A stretch of DNA of 64,000 bases, from assembly GCA_965261595.1 (NCBI GenBank), contig CBDHDG010000004.1, positions 672,001 through 736,000 of the forward strand. Direction: 5' to 3'. Made by a program: the position numbers and the translations under genes. Positions 48,874 through 59,030 of the stretch are shown here, piece by piece. Each line of letters starts with the position of its first letter. Position 1 is the first letter of the stretch. This DNA is from a bacterium (GTDB taxonomy: Bacteria > UBA8248 > JACPRG01 > G963555815). The notes beneath the pieces are model-generated. The model was not told the origin of the DNA and did not search any database. It saw nothing but the letters and a program-made list of their open reading frames with translations.

Positions 48874-51162
48874 TTGACCGAATACACGATCCTGGGGAAG
48901 GCCCTTCCGCGCATTGACGGCAGGCCCAAGGCGACCGGCGCGTCAAACTACGCGGCCGACATATCGATGCCCGGCTGCCTTCACGGCCACATCCTGCGCA
49001 GCCCCTATCCCCACGCCCGCATCCTGAACATCGACACCTCCAAGGCGGAGGCCGTCAAGGGGGTCAAGGTCATCCTGACGGCCCGCGACCTGCCCGATGT
49101 CCATTACGGCATGTGGATCCTGGATCAGAGACTCTTCCAACCCGACAAGGTCCGATACATCGGCGATGAGGTGGCCGCCCTGGCGGCCGGGGACGAGGAC
49201 GCCGCCCAGGAAGCCCTGGACCTGATCCGGGTGGAATACGAAGAGCTTCCCGCCGTCTTCGAATCCGAGGACGCCCTGAAGCCCGGCGCCCCGTTGGTCC
49301 ACGAGGACTTCGCCCGGCACAAGGCCTATTTCGACGCGGCCGGGCGCGAGGGAAACCAGGTCTGCAAGGTCCGCTTCGGCTACGGCGACGTCGAGACGGG
49401 GCTTTCCGAGGCGGATGAGGTCATCGAAAACCGCTTCACCACCCACGCCAACCACCCGACCTATCTGGAGCCGCACGCGGCCCTGGCGAGCTGCGACGCG
49501 GCGGGAAGCCTGACGGTTTGGACGACCACCCAGGGGGTCTTTAAGGTCCAGGAATGGATCGCAATCCTCCTGGACATCCCGATGACCCGCGTGCGTGTCA
49601 TCGGGACCGCGGTCGGCGGGGGGTTCGGCGGAAAGAAGCCCCGGGTGGACCTCTACGCCGCCGCGCTGGCGTTCAAGGCGCGCGCGCCCGTCCGGATTGT
49701 CCTTGACCGCGAGGAGGACATGGCGACGACGAACAAGCGCCATCCGGCCGCCATCGACATCCAAACGGGCGTGAAACGCGACGGCGCCCTCACCGCCTGG
49801 GACTTTCGGATCGTCCTGAACACGGGCGCGTACGCCGATCACGGCCCCTCGATTCTGTCGTTCGGCGCGTTTCACGCCCGGGGGCCCTACAAAACGCCGC
49901 ACGTGAACATCGAGGGCCGGCTGGTGTACACCAACCGGAACATCAGCGGCGCGTTCCGGGGGTACGGCAACCCCCAGGTCGCCTTCGCCGTTGAATCCCA
50001 GATGGACATCATCGCCCGGCGCCTCGGAATCGATCCGGTGGAGCTTCGCCGCAAAAACGGCATCGGACCGGGCGACGCCATGGTGAACGGACAGCGGTAT
50101 CCCGAGGTCTGGTTCCGGGACACCCTGGAGCAGGCCGTCGAGGCGTTCGGGTGGGAAAAACCCAAAGAACCGCCGGCCAACGGGCGCAGGCGGGGGATCG
50201 GAATCGCCGCCGGCTCCCACCCGTCCGGGGGGTGGAGCTCCTCCGCGACGGTCAAGTGGATGGCCGACGGGACCCTCCAGGTCGTGACCGGAACGATAGA
50301 GATCGGCGGGGGAGAATACACCGTCGCCGCCCAGATCGCGGCCGAGGCCGCCGGCGTTCCCTACGAGAAGGTCCGCGTCGTCGCGGCCGATACGGACATC
50401 ACCCCCTACGAGCAGTTCACCGGCGCAAGCCGATCGACCTTCACCATGGGTCAGGCGGTCCGTCTGGCGGCGCTGGACGCCCGCCAGGAGCTGCTCCAAC
50501 GCGCGGCCGAGCTCCTCGAAGCCCCGGTGGAAGACCTGACCACCGGCCGGGAGCGGGTCTTCATCGCCTCCGCCCCCGGCCGGGGCGTGGCCTTCGCCGA
50601 AGTGGCCCAGGCGGCCAACCTCCATCAGAACGGACCGATTCTGGGGAAGGGGGCGTGCTGCCCGCCCGCGCCGCCCGCCGTCCGGGAATGCTGGGAGGGG
50701 GCGGCCATGCACGAGTTCCCCGCCCACGGCTATGCCGCCCACATCGCCGAGGTCGAGGTGGACGAAGAGACGGGGACGGTCGAGCTCATCCGGCTCATCT
50801 GTGCGCACGACATCGGCCAGGCCGTCAACCGCGGGGGCTTGGAGGGTCAAATCGAGGGAGGGGCCGCGCAGGGGATCGGCTTCGCCCTCATCGAGGAAAT
50901 GTGTTACGAGGGAGGCGTCCTCGTCAACGGCGCCCTGGTCGACTACAAGATCCCGACCATCCTGGACGTTCCGCCCATCGAGTATCGCTTCATCGAGAAG
51001 GCCGATCCCAACGGGCCCTTCGGCGCGAAAGGGGCGGGCGAGTCCGTCCTGGTCCCCACGGCCCCGGCCATCGCCAACGCCGTGTACGACGCCGTGGGCG
51101 CGCGGATCAAAGACCTTCCCCTCACGCCCGACAAGGTGCTTCGGGCCCTCCACAACATTTGA
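48874..51162 (+). CDS. Xanthine dehydrogenase-family molybdopterin-binding subunit
   Basis: LRSPYPHARI, VGGGFGGK, AFRGYGNPQ, GQIEGG, GPFGAKGAGE. Confidence 0.92.
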   Translation: MTEYTILGKALPRIDGRPKATGASNYAADISMPGCLHGHILRSPYPHARILNIDTSKAEAVKGVKVILTARDLPDVHYGMWILDQRLFQPDKVRYIGDEVAALAAGDEDAAQEALDLIRVEYEELPAVFESEDALKPGAPLVHEDFARHKAYFDAAGREGNQVCKVRFGYGDVETGLSEADEVIENRFTTHANHPTYLEPHAALASCDAAGSLTVWTTTQGVFKVQEWIAILLDIPMTRVRVIGTAVGGGFGGKKPRVDLYAAALAFKARAPVRIVLDREEDMATTNKRHPAAIDIQTGVKRDGALTAWDFRIVLNTGAYADHGPSILSFGAFHARGPYKTPHVNIEGRLVYTNRNISGAFRGYGNPQVAFAVESQMDIIARRLGIDPVELRRKNGIGPGDAMVNGQRYPEVWFRDTLEQAVEAFGWEKPKEPPANGRRRGIGIAAGSHPSGGWSSSATVKWMADGTLQVVTGTIEIGGGEYTVAAQIAAEAAGVPYEKVRVVAADTDITPYEQFTGASRSTFTMGQAVRLAALDARQELLQRAAELLEAPVEDLTTGRERVFIASAPGRGVAFAEVAQAANLHQNGPILGKGACCPPAPPAVRECWEGAAMHEFPAHGYAAHIAEVEVDEETGTVELIRLICAHDIGQAVNRGGLEGQIEGGAAQGIGFALIEEMCYEGGVLVNGALVDYKIPTILDVPPIEYRFIEKADPNGPFGAKGAGESVLVPTAPAIANAVYDAVGARIKDLPLTPDKVLRALHNI

Positions 51163-51237
51163 AAAGGCTGAAAGGACCGACCCTGACCGCTTCCGGGGCG
51201 GCTCGGACCGCTCAACCCCGCCATTGGGAGAAATCGC

Positions 51238-51681
51238 GTGATCATCCAGGGAAAGCACAAGTTCAAAGCCGGCCGTCAGGCCGTGTGGGACCTGCTCATG
51301 GACGCCGACGCCCTGGCGGCCGCAATCCCGGGCTGCCGGGGATTGAAGGAGACGGCGCCGGGCGCGTTCGAAGCCGAGCTCAACGTCGGCGTGGCCCCGG
51401 TGAAAGGCGAGTTCTCCGGGTCGGTGAAGTTGGAGGACCTGAACCCGCCCGACGACTACCGGATGGCCATCGACGGAAGCGGAACGCCGGGTTTCCTGAG
51501 GGGAACGGCGCACATCCGCCTGAAAGCCGACGGCGACGATACACACCTCGAGGTCGACGCGGAGGTCCAGATAGGAGGGGTCATCGCCGGCGTCGGACAG
51601 CGGATGCTCGGTGGAATCGCCAAGCTCCTGATGGGCCAGTTCTTCAAGGCCCTCGAAGGCCAACTGGCCGGGCGGAGCTGA
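51238..51681 (+). CDS. coxG: CoxG-family (SRPBCC) protein
   Basis: VWDLLMD..L...IPGC, GGVIAGVGQRM. Confidence 0.85.
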   Translation: MIIQGKHKFKAGRQAVWDLLMDADALAAAIPGCRGLKETAPGAFEAELNVGVAPVKGEFSGSVKLEDLNPPDDYRMAIDGSGTPGFLRGTAHIRLKADGDDTHLEVDAEVQIGGVIAGVGQRMLGGIAKLLMGQFFKALEGQLAGRS

Positions 51682-51876
51682 GCGGCGCAGAGGCGTGACG
51701 ATACCTGGTGTCGCGTCTCAGAAATACTTTCGATTAGTTTCGCGGTGCGGGATACCCTTTGGGTGTCCCGGAAAAGGCGGCAATGAGCCGGGAGCACGGC
51801 GCTGGACACCTCTCAAAGATGTAGCGCCAGACCCCCGGGCGCCCCTTGCGTCCAAACGGTTGGTGATCAATCCGGT

Positions 51877-53031
51877 CTATCCACCGACAGGCGCCGGGAC
51901 CTTCGCGCGGAAGTGGGGCATCACCTCTTTCGCGAACACCTCGACGTTCTTCAGCGTGAGGTCTTGGGGAAGACTTCCGAAATGGAGGAGGACGACCAGC
52001 AGGCCGATGCCGGCCTCATTTTGAAATTCGGTGAGCCGCTCCCGGACGGTTGCGGCGCTGCCGATGAGGATCATCCCCTTGTCGTTCATGTCTCGGAGGT
52101 CATGCTGCTTGTTCCCAACCGATTTGTCCCCCATCACCCGGAACATGGATTTTTCGGTGAGGTAGCCCGGCGGGAAAAATTGGTGAAAGGGCCGCTTCAG
52201 GAGCTTGTTGAACAGGAAATTCATGTGCGGGCCGGCCTCCTCCCAGGCTTTCTCGTCGGTCTCGGCCACATAGAGGGGGACCGCCCACCCCAACTGCTCG
52301 GGCGGGGCCTCGTAGCCGAAGCTCCGGGCCTGGTTCTTGTATTCATCCAGGATCCGCTTCACCGTCGTGAAAGGGCTGAACACCTGCATGTAGGGATACC
52401 GCCGCTCGGCCGCGAAGGCGACGGTCTCCAGGCTCCCCTGGGAGGGCAGCCAGATGGGGGGATGCGGCTGCTGATACGGCCGGGGCCAGGTGTTCACGTA
52501 CCGAAAGTTGTAATGCTTTCCCTCGAAGGAGAAGGGACCCGGCTCGGTCCAGGCGCGCACGATCAGGTCATGGGCCTCCAGGAACCGGGCCCGCGACGTT
52601 GTGGGGTCCATGCTGAAGGCTGTGTACTCGTCCCCCACCCCCCGGACAAACCCCGAAATGATCCGCCCCTTGGTGATCACGTCCAGCATGGCCACCTCTT
52701 CCGCCACCCGCAGGGGATGGTTTCGGAGGCAGATGGCGTTGCCCAGGATGGCGATCTTCGCGCGCGTGGTCCGGCGGGCCAGGGCCGCGGCCATGAGGTT
52801 GGGCGAAGGCATCAGGCCGTAACAGGTCTGGTGGTGCTCGTTCACGCAGATCCCGTCGTAGCCCAGCCGGTCGGCCAACTCGAAAACGTCCAGATAATCG
52901 TTGTACAGCTTGTGCCCCACCTCGGGGTCAAACAGGCTGTTGGGGATCGTGGCCCAGGAGGTCCCGTACCGGTCCAGGTAATCCTCCGGCATGTGCGGGT
53001 AGGGCATCAGGTGAAAGAAATAGAATTGCAT
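51877..53031 (-). CDS. LLM-class flavin-dependent oxidoreductase
   Basis: NEHH, MPSPN, PLRVAEE.AMLD, PRPYQQPHPPIW. Confidence 0.92.
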   Translation of the reverse strand: MQFYFFHLMPYPHMPEDYLDRYGTSWATIPNSLFDPEVGHKLYNDYLDVFELADRLGYDGICVNEHHQTCYGLMPSPNLMAAALARRTTRAKIAILGNAICLRNHPLRVAEEVAMLDVITKGRIISGFVRGVGDEYTAFSMDPTTSRARFLEAHDLIVRAWTEPGPFSFEGKHYNFRYVNTWPRPYQQPHPPIWLPSQGSLETVAFAAERRYPYMQVFSPFTTVKRILDEYKNQARSFGYEAPPEQLGWAVPLYVAETDEKAWEEAGPHMNFLFNKLLKRPFHQFFPPGYLTEKSMFRVMGDKSVGNKQHDLRDMNDKGMILIGSAATVRERLTEFQNEAGIGLLVVLLHFGSLPQDLTLKNVEVFAKEVMPHFRAKVPAPVGG

Positions 53032-53231
53032 GGGCTTCCTCTCGTGATCGGAACGGCCGGACCCAGGCCGGGGAGCGGACGAAAAACGTAAAACAGTTTA
53101 CCAAAATCGTGGTTGACTATGGTATGATCCAAGTCTCTTCGAGACAAAGTGGATGAGACGGGAAAGAACCTCAGGAGGGAGTATACGTCAGGCTCCCGGG
53201 GGAAACCACACCCAACAGGGGGGAGGCAACC

Positions 53232-54260
53232 ATGAAAGCGGGAAATTTCATCCGAAGGCTTTTGGCCGTTGCGGGGATCATCGGGCTCGTAGCGGGAGGG
53301 GTTTTCTTGCCAGACCGCACCTCGGCCGCTGATAAGGTCATCTTCCAGTTCGACTGGGTGCCCTACGGCAAGTACACCGGGTACATCAACGCTCGGGACA
53401 AGGGATTTTACAAGTCCGTCGGTCTCGACGTGAGCTTCCAGCGAGGCTATGGGGGCTCTTCTCCCTCCATCGCGGCGGGTAAGCAGGATTACGGCATCGA
53501 CGCCGTAGGCTCGGTCGTCATCGCCCGCTCGAAGAATCTGCCGGTGAAGATGATCGCCATGTGGCACGAGAAGCTGATGTACAACGTCCTCGTCCTCAAG
53601 AGCTCGGGGATCAAGACGCCCAAAGACCTGGAGGGGAAGAACCTGGCCACGACCTTCGGCGACGCCCTTCATCGGAACTTCCCCCTCTTCCAGCAGTCCA
53701 TTGGGCTGAAGAAATTCAAATGGACTTTCATTCGGCCCGCGGCCAAAAATCCCAGCCTCCTCTCCAAGAAGGTGGACGCCATCATCACGTACACCACGGT
53801 GGCCATCCCCGTGAGGATCCAGGCGAAGAAGATCGGCGAGGAGGCCGTGGAGTTTCTCTGGAGCGACTACGGCGTCCGGCTGCCAACAGACGGGCTCGTC
53901 ACGACTGACAAAAAGATCGCCGAAAAGCCGGGCGAGGTGAAGCGGTTCCTGGGGGCCACCCTCAAGGGCCAGGCTTGGTCCATCGAGAACCCGGAGGAGG
54001 CCGTCGCCAACTTCCTGAAGTCCTATCCCAACCAGAACCCGGGTCTCACAAAAAAGTGGTGGAACCTCAGCAGCCGGTTCCAGGTGTGGGGAAACCTGAA
54101 GAAACACGGGTTGGGTTACATGGACCCGGATGTCATGAAGTACACGCGCGACGCCATCTCCAAAGCGTATAAACTGAAAGATCCTCCGGCCATGAAGGAC
54201 TGGTATACGTCGAAGTTCCTTCCGAAGAACTTGCCGAAGCCGAAGCTTCCCAGCAGCTGA
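53232..54260 (+). CDS. NMT1/THI5/SsuA-like ABC substrate-binding protein
   Basis: Signal peptide; FDW, KGFY...GLDV, GIKTPKDLEGK. Confidence 0.85.
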   Translation: MKAGNFIRRLLAVAGIIGLVAGGVFLPDRTSAADKVIFQFDWVPYGKYTGYINARDKGFYKSVGLDVSFQRGYGGSSPSIAAGKQDYGIDAVGSVVIARSKNLPVKMIAMWHEKLMYNVLVLKSSGIKTPKDLEGKNLATTFGDALHRNFPLFQQSIGLKKFKWTFIRPAAKNPSLLSKKVDAIITYTTVAIPVRIQAKKIGEEAVEFLWSDYGVRLPTDGLVTTDKKIAEKPGEVKRFLGATLKGQAWSIENPEEAVANFLKSYPNQNPGLTKKWWNLSSRFQVWGNLKKHGLGYMDPDVMKYTRDAISKAYKLKDPPAMKDWYTSKFLPKNLPKPKLPSS

Positions 54261-54267
54261 GCACGAC

Positions 54268-54300
54268 GGCCCCGGGAGGGATTACGCCCTCCCGGGGCCG
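54268..54300 (+). terminator. GC hairpin after the SBP gene
   Basis: GGCCCCGGGAGGG-ATTACG-CCCTCCCGGGGCC. Confidence 0.55.
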
Positions 54301-54361
54301 CCTCACAGTTTCCCGCTCACACGGGACGGCAACAAGCGCTTCGTCAGGAGAGCGTCAACGG

Positions 54362-55282
54362 ATGATCGTGGATGCCCACGCCCACATCGCCCCGCTGGAG
54401 ATGCGCCCGGCGAAATTCGCCGAAGAGATGGCGGAGCCGCAATTCCGCTGGCCCAGGCGTCCCCTGCCCCCCTCCCTCACCGCGCCCCTCAAGGTGGAGA
54501 ACTTCCTCCGGGATTACGAGGCGGCCGGCGTCGATCGCGTCCTCATCTTCGCCTCGGCCCCCAGAACGCCCAGGGCTTACGGACGGGGAGGATCGCGCGA
54601 GATTCTCCGGGTGGGCGTGACCAACGAGTTTGTCTCAGAGACGGCGGGCCGTAATCCGGACAGGCTCATCCCGGTGGCCTCCGTCAGTCCTCACCTGGGC
54701 GACGCGGCCGTGACGGAGCTGGAGCGGTGCGTGCGCGACCTCGGGATGAAGGCCCTGAAGCTCTATCCCACGTACGAACATTACGCGCCCGATGACCGGG
54801 AGTTAATGTGGCCCATCTATGCGAAGGCGTTGGAGCTCGATATCCCGGTCATCATCCATCAGAGTTGGACGACGATCGTGAACGCGCCGATGAAATTCCA
54901 AAGGCCGGCGCAGGTGGATGACGTCGCGCGGGACTTCCGGGATCTGACCATCGTGATGGCCCATTTCGGCGTCCCCTGGGTGGACGAGGCCGCCTGCATG
55001 GTCGGCAAGCACGATCGGGTTTACGTGGATCTGAGCTGGTGGTCCATGCTGGAGACGCCCGAGGAGATCATGCGCCAGCTTCACCGGGCGCCGAGGTTCG
55101 GCTGCGGCTACGACCGCATGCTCTGGGGGACCGACCACCCGATGATCCTCCCGGCCCAAAGCCTACGGACCTTCCGGGAGGAGCTTCCCCGCGCGGCCAA
55201 GCGCATCGGCATCCCCGCGCTCACCGACGAAGAGCTGGCCCTCATCCTGGGAGAGAACGCCCGCGCCGTTTTCGACCTTTGA
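54362..55282 (+). CDS. Amidohydrolase_2-family protein
   Basis: DAHAH, LKLYP, PVIIH, AHFG, WGTDHP, LGENA. Confidence 0.9.
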   Translation: MIVDAHAHIAPLEMRPAKFAEEMAEPQFRWPRRPLPPSLTAPLKVENFLRDYEAAGVDRVLIFASAPRTPRAYGRGGSREILRVGVTNEFVSETAGRNPDRLIPVASVSPHLGDAAVTELERCVRDLGMKALKLYPTYEHYAPDDRELMWPIYAKALELDIPVIIHQSWTTIVNAPMKFQRPAQVDDVARDFRDLTIVMAHFGVPWVDEAACMVGKHDRVYVDLSWWSMLETPEEIMRQLHRAPRFGCGYDRMLWGTDHPMILPAQSLRTFREELPRAAKRIGIPALTDEELALILGENARAVFDL

Positions 55283-55555
55283 GGAGGGCGTCAGGTCCTC
55301 CCTCGGGGCTTGATGTTGTAGGCACGTTCCCTTGTGCGACGGGCCAGTCGGCCCGTCCGCTCATGCCAGGCTCTCGCGGGCGGCCGCGACAACGCGCGGC
55401 GTCGCCCAAAAAGCGGCATTCCCTTGCCGGGCCACCCAAGCCCCTAACCTGGATTTCTCACCAAGCGAAGGTTTCGTGTTTCGCTCAGCGAAGGGATGGC
55501 CATCGGCGGCTTTGTCGCGTTGAAACCAGCGGATACACACAACGGTCGGTTTTTC

Positions 55556-55629
55556 GGGCGGGGACGGGGACCCGCCCCTACGGGTAAACAGGGGTTTTCC
55601 GTCGTAAGGGCCGGTCCCCGTCCCGGCCC
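55556..55629. repeat. Pair of oppositely oriented GTAG-type REP-like palindromes
   Basis: GGGCGGGGACGGGGACCCGCCCCTAC and GTAAGGGCCGGTCCCCGTCCCGGCCC. Confidence 0.5.
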
Positions 55630-55808
55630 GTCACACTCCCATTGGGGAACAGAATGCTGGAACTTGGTCAGCACCCGTCCATTGGATAAATGATTGAAAG
55701 CTAACCGGTTCAATCGACCTACCCCGTTCGGGCGTTCAAGTTGGTGAGAAACCCAGGCTAACCCTCCACGAAACCGGGGTAAGTCCAAAACCCTTTGCGC
55801 CGGAGCGC

Positions 55809-55837
55809 TTGACATACATACTAAACGTGTGTATATT
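55809..55837 (+). promoter_or_regulatory. Sigma70 promoter of the TA operon with overlapping operator-like inverted repeat
   Basis: TTGACA-17 nt-TATATT; ATACATAC...GTGTGTAT inverted repeat. Confidence 0.75.
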
Positions 55838-55866
55838 TTAACCGGTCGAAAGGAGGTTTCATCGAA

Positions 55867-56112
55867 ATGCGTCAGCGCGTGAACATTACGCTCGCGGAAG
55901 AAACGATCCGGATGCTCGACGGAGTGGCCGGCAAGGGCGAACGGAGCCGCCTGATTGATGAGGCGGTGCGGCACTTCGTGAAGGCGCGGCGCCGGGAAAC
56001 CCTCAGGACGCGGCTCAAGGAGGGCGCTCGGAAACGAGCTGAGCGGGACCTGCGCCTGGCCGAGGACTGGTTTCTCCTGGAAGAAGAATCATGGCGGCCC
56101 GACGCAAAATAG
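55867..56112 (+). CDS. RHH/CopG-type antitoxin
   Basis: RVNITL.EE....LD...RSRLI..AV; AAGGAGG RBS; upstream of toxin. Confidence 0.85.
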   Translation: MRQRVNITLAEETIRMLDGVAGKGERSRLIDEAVRHFVKARRRETLRTRLKEGARKRAERDLRLAEDWFLLEEESWRPDAK

Positions 56113-56468
56113 CCTTTCCGAAACGTGGCCAGGTGTATCTGGTGAGCTTTGACCCGACCGTGGGCAAAGAAATCAGAAAGACTCGCCCCGCCGTCATTCT
56201 CCAGAACGATGTGGCCAACCGCTGGAGCCCGATCACGATTGTCGCCGCCGTGACCTCGCAGTTCGAGGAGCCGTTGTATCCAACCGAGGTGCGGGTCAAG
56301 GCATCCGAAGGCGGCTTGAGCGCCGATTCCGTTGTGCTTTTGAACCAGATCCGGTCAATCGACAAACGGCGCCTCGTGAAACGCCTCGGGGTGTTGAACC
56401 AGGATACGATGGCCCAGGTTGACCGGGCGATCATAGCGAGTTTGGGGTTGGTGAATATAGCGGGATGA
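56091..56468 (+). CDS. mazF: PemK/MazF-family toxin
   Basis: RGQVYLV.FDP..GKEI.KTRPAVILQND, QIRSIDKRRL. Confidence 0.92.
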   Translation: MAARRKIAFPKRGQVYLVSFDPTVGKEIRKTRPAVILQNDVANRWSPITIVAAVTSQFEEPLYPTEVRVKASEGGLSADSVVLLNQIRSIDKRRLVKRLGVLNQDTMAQVDRAIIASLGLVNIAG

Positions 56469-56494
56469 CGGATCCCGAAGTGGGCGGTTTTCTC

Positions 56495-56908
56495 TCAGAC
56501 GTCTCCCCTCGCGCCCACCCAGCCGCGCTGGGAGATGTCCACGACCACGTCGTCGGGGGCGGTGTACTTGAGCTCGTAAAAGACGGTGTCCTCGCCCCGC
56601 CCCTCGTACCGATCCGCCGCCAGCTCCGAGCCGTCCGCCTCCAACGCCCCGGCGGCTTTCTCCATGTCCTCCACGATGAACCCGAAGTGGTGGATGCCGG
56701 TGTAGTTTTCGCTGTCCCAGGACCGGTTGGAGTTGGGGATCTTAAACTTGAGAATGGCCAGGGAGACAACGCCGTCCGTCAGGTAGTAACCCTGGGCCAG
56801 GTCGTTCTCGATCCTGCCCGCAACCTCCATCTCGAAATGCTTCTTATAGAATTCGATCGTCTTCTCAGGGTCCTTCGTCGCCACGGCGATGTGTCTCAGC
56901 TTGGCCAT
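56495..56908 (-). CDS. VOC/glyoxalase-family protein
   Basis: LRHIAV, GIHHFGFIVED. Confidence 0.85.
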   Translation of the reverse strand: MAKLRHIAVATKDPEKTIEFYKKHFEMEVAGRIENDLAQGYYLTDGVVSLAILKFKIPNSNRSWDSENYTGIHHFGFIVEDMEKAAGALEADGSELAADRYEGRGEDTVFYELKYTAPDDVVVDISQRGWVGARGDV

Positions 56909-57090
56909 GCCTTATCGCTCCTTTTTTCGAAACTTCCCTTCCCCCCTGTGAATTCACCGGCGATTATACCCGAAGTCCGCACGGCCTTCCGGAAAACGGA
57001 CGCCTTCACAGCGAAATCCATTCAGGTGTAGAATTTCCTTTGCTTCTTGGACGGCTTCTCCAAGGTCTTCCCAAACCCGAGGGGGCGCGG

Positions 57091-57606
57091 ATGCCCACGC
57101 TGCTGATCGACGGTTACAACCTCATCCCCGCCATCCCCTCCCTGGGCCGGTTGATCCGCCGTGACCTGGAACAGGCCCGGGACGCGCTGTTGGATCTTCT
57201 CCACGCCTATCGCGCGAACGCCCCGTCCCGTCCGTCGATAATCGTTGTGTTCGACGGCAAGGCCCACATCGAAAACCCCCATCCGTCCCGGAAGGCGGGA
57301 ATCCAGGTCCGCTTCTCCAGCGGGGAGACGGCGGACGACCTGATCCTGAGACTCCTGGGGGGTGAGCACAGAGGGGCCATCCTGGTCACGTCGGACCGGG
57401 CCCTCCGGGACGCCGCCCGGGCCGATGCCGGGGAGCTGATCCGCACCGGAGAGTTTTCCGAAATGCTCCTCGCCCGTCAGGACCCGGAGGACGGCGGCCG
57501 CGAAGACGGTGAGACCACGCCGGTCCTCACCACCCGGAAAAAGGGAAATCCGAAACGGCGCCCGAAGAGGGATCGCCGAAGGGCGGGAAAGCTTCGCGGG
57601 TTGTGA
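57091..57606 (+). CDS. YacP/Rae1-like NYN-domain protein
   Basis: LIDGYN, VVFDG, TADD.I, VTSDR. Confidence 0.88.
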   Translation: MPTLLIDGYNLIPAIPSLGRLIRRDLEQARDALLDLLHAYRANAPSRPSIIVVFDGKAHIENPHPSRKAGIQVRFSSGETADDLILRLLGGEHRGAILVTSDRALRDAARADAGELIRTGEFSEMLLARQDPEDGGREDGETTPVLTTRKKGNPKRRPKRDRRRAGKLRGL

Positions 57607-57926
57607 CTCCCCGACGGCGATCCAACCGTCCCGAAGCCGAACCGGCGACAAAAACCTTCCGGAACAGGAGACGTTCATGCGATGGCCGGTCCTTGCGCGG
57701 TCTTCCTCATGCTGTCGAGCGGTCCGGTGTCCGCGGACGATGTCTCGAATCAAATGGACGAAGCCAAAAGGCTTTATGAAAACGGAAGGCTGGCCGATTC
57801 GGTCCGGGAGCTCGAAACGGCCATCAGCGGGATTCGGCGCGGGATCTCGGCCCGGCTCGGCTCGAAGATGCCCCCCCCCCCCCGGCCGGAACGTTTGCCG
57901 ACGGCGAGGTGTAAGCGGGCGGCTCA

Positions 57927-58325
57927 TCAACCCATAAAACTGCAACGCTCCGGGACAACCTTGTAAGTGACCCGCACCTCTCCGGGTTTCAGAAGGGGGT
58001 ACTCGTCTTTGCCCAGGTACTTCTTGGACAGCCTGTGGATGTGATCGACGCCGCCCTCTTCGGTGACTTCCACGACGCGGCCGCGAACCTCAAGATACCG
58101 GTAGCCGTTATCGGGGTCCAGGATGGACAGGGCCACGCGGCCATCCCGGCGCATGTTCAGGTCTTTCTTTCTTCCTTTGGAAGAGTTCAGGAAGATGTGA
58201 GCGCCGTCGTAATCAAACCAGACCGGCGTGTTCTGGGGGGAGCCGTCCGCGTTCAGGGTGGCGAGATGGGCGAAGCTTTTCTTCTCGAGCAGGTCCTTGA
58301 ATTCCTCGGGCACGACTTGGGACAT
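57927..58325 (-). CDS. PPOX-class putative F420-dependent oxidoreductase
   Basis: AHLATLNADGSPQ.TPVW, K..NMRRD.RVALSI.D, YRYLEVRG. Confidence 0.9.
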   Translation of the reverse strand: MSQVVPEEFKDLLEKKSFAHLATLNADGSPQNTPVWFDYDGAHIFLNSSKGRKKDLNMRRDGRVALSILDPDNGYRYLEVRGRVVEVTEEGGVDHIHRLSKKYLGKDEYPLLKPGEVRVTYKVVPERCSFMG

Positions 58326-58793
58326 GGGCGTTTTCCTTTCTGACAAACGGTAGCCGATGGATTGATTCGCGTGTGAAATGTTTCGTTCAACCGGACAAAT
58401 ATAGGCTGCCATTCGTCAGGAAGCGAAAAAATACGGCCGAACATGACGACCCTGGTGAAAACGCTGTAGAACCCGGCGGCCGGCCGGCCCCACGGGCTAC
58501 GTCCGCCCATTCGCCCCTGTATCTCCGATCCAAACCCGGTGGGATCTCCAGTAGTCCATCCCGGCGAATTGCTTGAACGCTTCACACCCGATGGGGGTCA
58601 CGATGAGGTTGTGGCACAGCGTCCTGCTTGCCGCCCTGGCCGAAAATGGGACTCCTTTCCAGTGTGCGGATTTGTTCTTGTATTCCGTTTGATCCCGGTT
58701 GCCTCCGCCTTCTCTCTTGTGCTTGAATTCAAGAGGCCCAAGTAGTGAGTTTTCAAGGCGAGGTGAGAAAACAGCCCGAATTTCCAGGCCGTC

Positions 58794-58880
58794 GCCGGGG
58801 TGGCGGAACGGTAGACGCAGCGGACTTAAAATCCGCTGGGGCCAAGCCCCGTGAGGGTTCGACTCCCTCCCTCGGCACCA
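58794..58880 (+). tRNA. tRNA-Leu (anticodon TAA)
   Basis: Acceptor GCCGGGG/CCTCGGC+ACCA, anticodon arm GCGGA-CTTAAAA-TCCGC, long variable arm, GGTTCGA T-loop. Confidence 0.95.
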
Positions 58881-59030
58881 CTGATTCGTTGGATGAGGCC
58901 CCCGGCCGATGCGGACCGGGCGGCCGCTTGCGGCCGTTTTCCGACTGCCGTATGGTTGATCCGAAATTGAAAACCTGATTCGATTCCCACCCGGTCCAAT
59001 CCCTTCCCACTGAATCCGGAGGATTCCAAA

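Noticed and set aside
57677..57930. Short secreted protein between the NYN and PPOX genes
   Set aside because: Signal-like start and body are in different frames and it degrades into a poly-C run; cannot support a product call.
58794..58880. tRNA-Sec, or a tRNA-anchored island
   Set aside because: Anticodon is TAA with a 7-bp acceptor stem (Leu); no integrase or duplicated tRNA 3' end seen.
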